The position numbers were made by a program, and so were the translations under genes. The notes under the pieces are model-generated. The model searched no databases and had not been told where the DNA came from. It saw nothing but the letters and a program-made list of their open reading frames with translations. A DNA stretch of 55,310 bases, the filler included, from Jimgerdemannia flammicorona (taxonomy: Eukaryota), in the NCBI GenBank assembly GCA_003990765.1. It is 3 parts of 3 records of this genome, joined end to end, with 100 filler letters (N's around TTAATTAATTAA, not from the genome) between each part and the next. Parts side by side here need not be neighbours in the genome. Positions count along the whole stretch, not along the records: positions 36,945 to 55,310 come from RBNJ01002226.1; 2 more parts are not named here. One strand, 5' to 3'. Shown one piece after another: positions 48,031 through 55,310 of this stretch; the first letter of the stretch is position 1, and each line of letters begins with the position of its first letter.

Positions 48031-51000
48031 GTTACCACTCTGCACCATCTCAACAATCTGACCACTAAGATATTAGACTTTATCAAGTTAAGGCCAACCA
48101 CTAAGACCTCAACCAAAGGAAGTCAAAAGGCAGCTAGATATGACCTATATATAGCTGAAGAAGCTACAGTTTCTAACCAAGAAGTCAAGCAAGTCTACAT
48201 AGGAATTAGCATTCAAATCTCTGAAGGACATATTGGAAGAATATGCTGTCACAGCAGTCTAGCACTGAAAGGATGTTTGGTTGAAGGAGGAGTCATTGAT
48301 GAAGATTATATAGATAAAATCATTGTCCTCATCTGAAATCATAGTTGGATACCATTCAAGATCCCTATTGGTTTCTACATTACCTAGATTCTATTTGAGA
48401 AAATTGAATTAACTTTAATAGTCAAGGAAGTCTCTAAAATAATATCTATCATTTGAGGATCTAGAAGATTTGACTTATCAAACAAGACCTCAGCCCAACC
48501 TACCATAAGTAAGGAAGAACAGTTCTACAAGAAGATTGAAGATGGATTTGTATCAAGTAGCTGATGCTTCCATGGCATTGGAATGTACTCTTCTTGAATA
48601 ATTGATGATTGCTTCTTTTGTATCAATAAACTGGCCCAAAGGAGAACCAATAAAAGAAAAGCTCTTATAACTGAAATCACTACTATTAGATCAGACAAAC
48701 TGCTTATACTTCAAGCTTTTGTCAACCAAGCACCTGTTAAGATTATGATAGATAGCAGTGCCTCAGGTAACTTCATTAATGAAGAAACAGCCAATAGACT
48801 CAAGGTCCTGATCTCTCCAGTACAATAGACTCAAGTAGTTGCTATAGCTGATAGAACCTTTTATATCATTAGCAAGAAAGTCTGCAATCTATCTTTCTGA
48901 ATTAACTCTAGATCATATCACTTCTTGACAATGAAATCATCCTTAGGACCCCATGGTTAAAACAAGAGAATTCCATGATTGATTGGATAAACTACTCTCT
49001 GACCATCAAGAAAGGATGCCACAACTTCAAACTATAAGATAAAAAAGATCCACTCAATTCTAGTGATTCTAGATCAAAGATCACCCATATCAACAAACTA
49101 TAACTCAAGAAATTGACCAAAAAAGACCTCTCTTTGCTATCTCTATCTGCCCATCCAAAGGAGAACTAGAGAACAATGAAAAAGACTTTTCCAAAGTTAA
49201 CAGCTATGTCAGATCCTTACTCTAGAAATTCTGAGATATATTCCCAAAGAAACTCCTAAAAGGCCTACCACCTAAATGAGCAGTAGACCATATTATCAAG
49301 ACCATCTCAGATGTCAAGCCAGCCTTTAAGTCAATCTATCATATATCTCTGAGAGAAATTAATATACTCAAGAAAGAGATTGATAAACTCCTAGAACAAA
49401 AATTCATCAGATCTAGTATATCACTCTATAGAGTATAAGTTCTCTTTGTTGTTAAGAAAGAAGGAGATCTGAAGATATGTATTGACTACTATAACCTCAA
49501 TGAATAGATTATTAAGAACTATTACCCACTACCCTGAATTGATAAAATATTTGATAGACTTACTAACCCATAATTTATGAGCTCTTTTGACCTGCAAAAT
49601 GATTACTGGCAAATTATTATGAAAGAAAAAGACTTCAACAATCTTGTAAATTGGGGACCTGAACAAGATACAGCCTTTTAAACACTAAAAGATACTTTAT
49701 AACAACTCCAGTACTTTAAGCAGTAAACCCTGCTCTATCATATAAAGTTACCACTGATGCCTCTGATCTAGCTCTTGGAGCAGTGCTTATACAAGAAGGA
49801 TACTCTGTAGCCTACTAATTTTACAAGTTCAATGATACTGAAATTAACTATACAATCTATAAGAAGGAAATGTTAGCCATCATAGATACTCTGATCAAAT
49901 AGTGACCCTATCTCAAAAGAGTATACTTCACAGTACTGATAGACCATAAGTTATTAGTCAACATCAAGACCCAAGCTATTCTTTTTTGAAAGTAAGCTAG
50001 ATGGATGAAAGTCCTCACCAACTTTGACTATAAAATTCAGTATCACTCTGATAAGGAAAATATTATTGCTAATGCAATCTCCAGACTACCAATTAAAGAA
50101 ATTATCCAAACTCTCACCTTAGTTACCAACTCCATAGAATAAATTATTGCAGCATGTGCTGATAATAAAGAAGCTCAAGTATTTTGAGAAATTCTGAGCA
50201 GTAATAATATTGATAAGTATATCTGGTATCATCAATACCAACTAAAGGACAATACCATCTACTATAAGGATAGATTGTATATTCCAAACAATTGAAACCT
50301 CTGAAAAACTATCCTATTCAAATATTATAATGTCCTATAGCTGAATATTTAGGATTTGATAAATATTATAAAGTTATTTCTCAAAACTTCTATTGGTCCC
50401 ATATGGCAGATTAGCTAAAGACCTACATCACTTTCTGTGATACCTGCTAATACAACAAGTCCTCAATACTAGCAAAACCTAGTCTACTCTACCCCATCTC
50501 AGTACTATCTGTTAATTGGAAACAAATCTCTATAGACTTTATTATACAACTACCCCAAACCAAGAATGAAAAAGATGCAATTGTTGTCTTTGTGAACTAT
50601 CTCAGTAAACAAACCCACTTCATGTCTACTGCTATAACTGCAATGATACTCAAAATTGCTACACTCTTGTTTAATAACATCTTCCACTATCATAGTCTTC
50701 TTAAGATTATTGTTAGAGATTGAGATCCAAAATTTACCAGCTATTTTTGGAAAGCCCTCTATATATACCTTAGAATAAAACTTATACTATTCACAGCCTT
50801 TTACCCTAAAACTGATAGTCAAACTGAAAGAATGAACCAAACTCTGGAGCAAATGCTAAAAAACTATGTTTTCTATAAACAAGATGATTGGCATGAATAC
50901 CTCACTATAGTCAAGTTTGCCTATAACAATAGTAAGCAAATCTCTCTTAAAATGATCCTGTTTTTGCCAATACTGAACAAAACCTAAACACCCCTCTGAC

Positions 51001-54000
51001 ACTTATCTAAACTACTGATGAACTCTTTACAGTTAAAGTTATTGAACAATTCCTACTCTGAATGTACAATTTAAGTCAGATTGTAATTGAGAATTTATTC
51101 TGAGCTCAAGAACAACAGTTATAATATATTAACCAGCACTGTCAAGAAGAAACTTTTGATATTGAAGAAAAAGTTCTACTAGATATCTGAGAATACCAAG
51201 TTGATAACCTCAAGCATAGATCATCCACAAAGCTGAATAGTAAATTTATTGAACCATTTGAAGTCATCATACAAGTCTCTTCAACTTTCTATAAATTAGC
51301 ATTACCAGACACTATTAAGATTTACCCAGTCTTCAATATTCAATATCTCAAGTGATATAATGAAAATGATAATAAGCTATTTCCAAACTGAACTGCAGAA
51401 CCACCTATACCTGTTATTATTAATGATCAAAAAGAATACAAAGTTGAATAAATCTTCAACAAACATGGCTATAAGAACTATCCCAAGTATCTTATCAAAT
51501 AGAAAGGTTATCTGATCTATAATACAATATAGGAACCCAAGACAACTCTCCAGAATACTACTGACTTAGTTCAAGAATATGATTCTTTGAATAACTGAAG
51601 CCTGAATACCCCAGCACTATCAGTCAACACTATATACTACTACTTCTGAACATTCAGTACTCTTATAATTATCATGAATAAAATCAAGAACTCAGTAAGA
51701 CAAGACAAAAGAATATCAACCCTCAAGAAAAATAGCAAAACTAAAAGCCAGCCTATTCTCTCTATATCATTGATGAAAAATGAGATGTAGATATTTAAGA
51801 AGATTTCTTAGAGGAAATTCTTTAGTAGTGATTGATGTCAGAATCACTTCCAGCATATGTTATTGAATACATGACCTTTTATTATAAATTTAATATATTA
51901 GGCAACTGTATTATGAGCATGACACTTTCTGAGAAAAATAGACATTACTGGACTTTTGATCATCCAAATGGTATAATAATAGTAGATCAAAATTAGAAGG
52001 CCCTAATGAGGATGTTGAAAGCTAAGAAGGAGAGAGTTGTAAGCACACAACCTCTGAACAAATCTGAAAATCACATACAAAATCATGAAGCTGAGTCAAA
52101 CTGAAGTCATAGTATATAAAGCTAAGTTAACTCAAAGTCATAGAATACAAGATTTACACAAATAGAATCTTATCAATCAGGACTGAATATATATATACTG
52201 AGTACCAAGATGCATCAAAACAGAAAACTATAACAAACTAAACAATAACTCCAACTATTGAATATATATACAATAATGACTACTAAGATCTACAACTATA
52301 TCTGTATTGATATTTGGAATGTCATTGTCAACTGAGCCACCCCTCCTCTGCTCCTCATAAATATCCATAGTCTAGCATCTCTCTACTTTGTAGAAGTCCA
52401 ATGGAATGCTCTGAACATACTTAGTGAGATCTATCAAATCAGACAAATCTCAAGCTACTACCAGATTGGCCACCTCCTAGATGATATGGTTGAACACTAT
52501 TATGAATAGACATTATCCAGATATCTCAATACCAGAAACTCATTACATACAAATACTGAGAACTCTTCTATAAGTATAGTACCTTTATTCTCTATCTCTA
52601 AGTTACTACTACTGAAATAGTTGCTACTCTATCCTATAGACAAATTGATAATATGATATAAGAACTCAACTATAAGTATATTGAGTATATTCAAACTATA
52701 GATAGAACCTTCCCACACCCTGATGACTACATCCTGCAAATGCCTCAAGTTGGATATACTATGAAAGACATCTATAATATAATCCAGTTCAACAATGATG
52801 AAGCAGAAGATAATGATCTCTCCAATACTAACATGACCTCCAGCCAAACATCTCTGCTAGTCCTGATCACCCTGCCAGCCTTACTGATGAACTTATAATA
52901 GTTTATAACCACCTATGAAATCTATTGAGATAATGATCACTGGCACAAATACCAATCTGCATTTACTCTCAATTACTTCAACTATAATGAAGAGACTGGA
53001 GAACACAACTTATACCTCTAGATAATCATCAAGATCAAACCAACAACTCTACTACTTAAGTATGAGTAATATGAAGTATAACTGTCAGCATATTACAACT
53101 CTGCAACTCATAGTACTATAACTTATAGAAGATATACAGATAGTGAATCTGATAAAAGCAAAGACAATACATCTCTTTTTTGTCTACCAACTCTATATCT
53201 AGCATACAAGACAGATAATGCTATTCTGTGGAATAGTGACAAAGTCTCAATATATTACTATCTTAGTAAATAGGGAGAAGTAATCTAAGAACCACTCTTC
53301 CTAGATAACTACTTTATTAGAGATGATGCTATTGATGGTAATGTTTGAAGACTACCCAGATAGTATCTAAATCTATAGATAGCCTAGTAGTTATTAGTAT
53401 AGTTAGATTAGCCCTATATGATGTGACTGTAAACTAATTTAGTAGTTAGATAATCTCTTGATATGTTAGTTCATACTTATACTATGTGACTATATTCTGA
53501 CTCAATAAGGTATTAAGTGCTATATTCATATTTTGCATAGTTTAGATAGCCCCCTATTAGTATAAATACCCCCTCTCTCAGACCTCAGAATCTCAGACTT
53601 GAATAGATAAGAATAATCTGAATATAACTCCTGAACACTTTTCTACAATATCTCTTCACACAACTACTTCTAGTATAGCAATATCATAAATAGTGAATAA
53701 ATCTATTTAATAACCCATAAACCACTCTTAAGTAAATCTGAACTCCATTAGATCTTACTCCTAACTCCATTATAAATTTTCCTAATTGAGTATTGTCTGC
53801 AGTGATATGCCAATTCAACTAAGCTAGTCTTAGTTTCTTGAACTTTCTAAAATATGGAAAATTTTGAACATTCAGAACTAGTCTGAAAAAAGAACTTTGA
53901 TTGAGATGTCAATCTGATCTTGAAATCAATAAGTATAGAGGACATACTTTATATGAAATTAATCTTAATCTAAAGAAAATAGTCTTCCAGAATATCCAGA

Positions 54001-54060
54001 ACTTCTAGAAAACCCTTTTAGAACTATGTAATGGTTACTCTAATAAGTAATCCTCTTATA
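48031..54060 (+). mobile_element. Second, more decayed copy of Gypsy family B with a ~0.5-kb RT deletion (~49630) and 3' LTR at 52038-54060 carrying the pseudogenised U3 ORF (~52160-53370)
   Basis: Colinear with 36945-43497. Differences are dominated by C>T/G>A, and the LTR end is decayed to CTTATA. Confidence 0.93.
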
Positions 54061-54429
54061 TAAAAACACAGAGAAAAAAGAACTTCCACTTTTACTCAAT
54101 AAAGAGATAAGTCAATTAATATTTTATAAAAGATAGATAAATGTTTTATAAGAGGAAAAAGATCAATTAGCAGTAGAAGCAGATACTCATCTCAAAGCCT
54201 TGAGAGTTGCCAAAGACTAGTATAAAAGACAGAAGCAAGATTTATTAGATAAAATAAAGAAGTTAGAAGTCAAAGTAGTAAGATTAAAAAAGCTAACTTC
54301 TCAAGAATTAGTTATAAGTTAAAAGTCCAATTAGAGTAATGAAATAGCCAATTCACAACTCAAATTGAGGTTAAAAAGTGACCTTGATTAAAAGTAAATA
54401 AGTAAATATTTTTATTCATTAATAGTATA

Positions 54430-55290
54430 AATTGGTTTTAGATAAGTAATATCTTTGAATTTATTTTAAACAAAGGGGCAAATATTGTAATAAAGATATT
54501 TCTGGTATTTCAATTCTATAGAAAGAGGCACTAGCACTGAAAATGACAAGGTCTTGATTATTTGTATAACTTTTAAAGCCTCAGATTTACTACTTTTTAA
54601 TAGGTTGAATTCTTGGAATAAACTATTGGCAATTTTTTATACTTTAATAATATCTGAATTTGCTCTAATGAAAAGAAAATATTGAAACTTTTGTATATCA
54701 GACAACTTCTTGAAGTATATTTTGAAACTACTTACAATGTTGAAGTATTGAAAACCATCTCTGCTGTTATAATACTGTGTTTTATTAATCTAGCAATACT
54801 AGAACTTTTTACCATATTAATGATGTGATCTATACAGTTTACTATGGTTTTGTGATAAAGCCTTTTAATTAGGCCAAAACTACCATCACATTTAAATTTA
54901 GTATTGTCAGAACCATGAAGTTCAATTCAATACTTTTATAATATTTGCAAATTACCAAATATAAATAAAACCAAAGAGTAGCATTATTCTTATTTTGTCT
55001 ACTCACATTATTATAAGTAATTTTTAAGTGCTCTTCACCTTGTTTCAATTGCTTAATTCCATCAAAGACTAAGCTAAGTATACTATTTAGACCCTTTTCA
55101 AGAAGTTCATTTTCATCAAGAATATAATTAATTTGTTTGCAGACTGCTTCATTTTAGATTCTAAACAAATATACTTTATAAGCACTAAGGTAATATACTT
55201 TGCCAATCTATTGATCAGAATGAGGCACATAGACATTTTGGGCTCAGTCATAACTATAATAGGCAACTGCATTAATATAGTAAAATGATA
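54430..55290 (-). pseudogene. Decayed DNA transposase, Sola-like (DDD)
   Basis: Minus-strand YDWAQNVYVP...KQINYILDE, decayed DNCxGQNKNN and ELNFMV..TKFKCDGSFGLIK motifs. Confidence 0.65.
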
Positions 55291-55310
55291 TCTTACTTTT
55301 TTTTTTTTTT

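Overview
A eukaryotic, repeat-dense window, most likely from an early-diverging (Mucoromycota-like) fungus, judged from a gamma-SNAP exon, fungal-type U6 and fungal intron signals. It consists of three contigs joined by artificial N-TTAATTAATTAA-N linkers (18378-18477, 36845-36944). Almost all of it is nested transposable elements: dUTPase-bearing Ty3/Gypsy families, a solo LTR, a TRIM-like non-autonomous element, hAT elements and a MITE (TIR TAGTGCTC), L1/Tx1-like LINE pieces, a ~1.2 kb poly(A) retroelement, an endonuclease-less Penelope-like element, a Sola remnant and a U6 retrocopy. Older copies show heavy C>T/G>A decay. Main candidates for new biology: (1) three different LTR families carry a homologous, uncharacterised protein gene inside the U3 region of their long LTRs, resembling a retroviral accessory gene; (2) a hAT element carries an antisense, intron-containing TET/JBP-like 2OG-Fe(II) dioxygenase pseudogene; (3) a dUTPase and a CPH-x12-CxxC module occur in opposite order in two Gypsy polyproteins. 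All calls were made by eye; no database searches were run.
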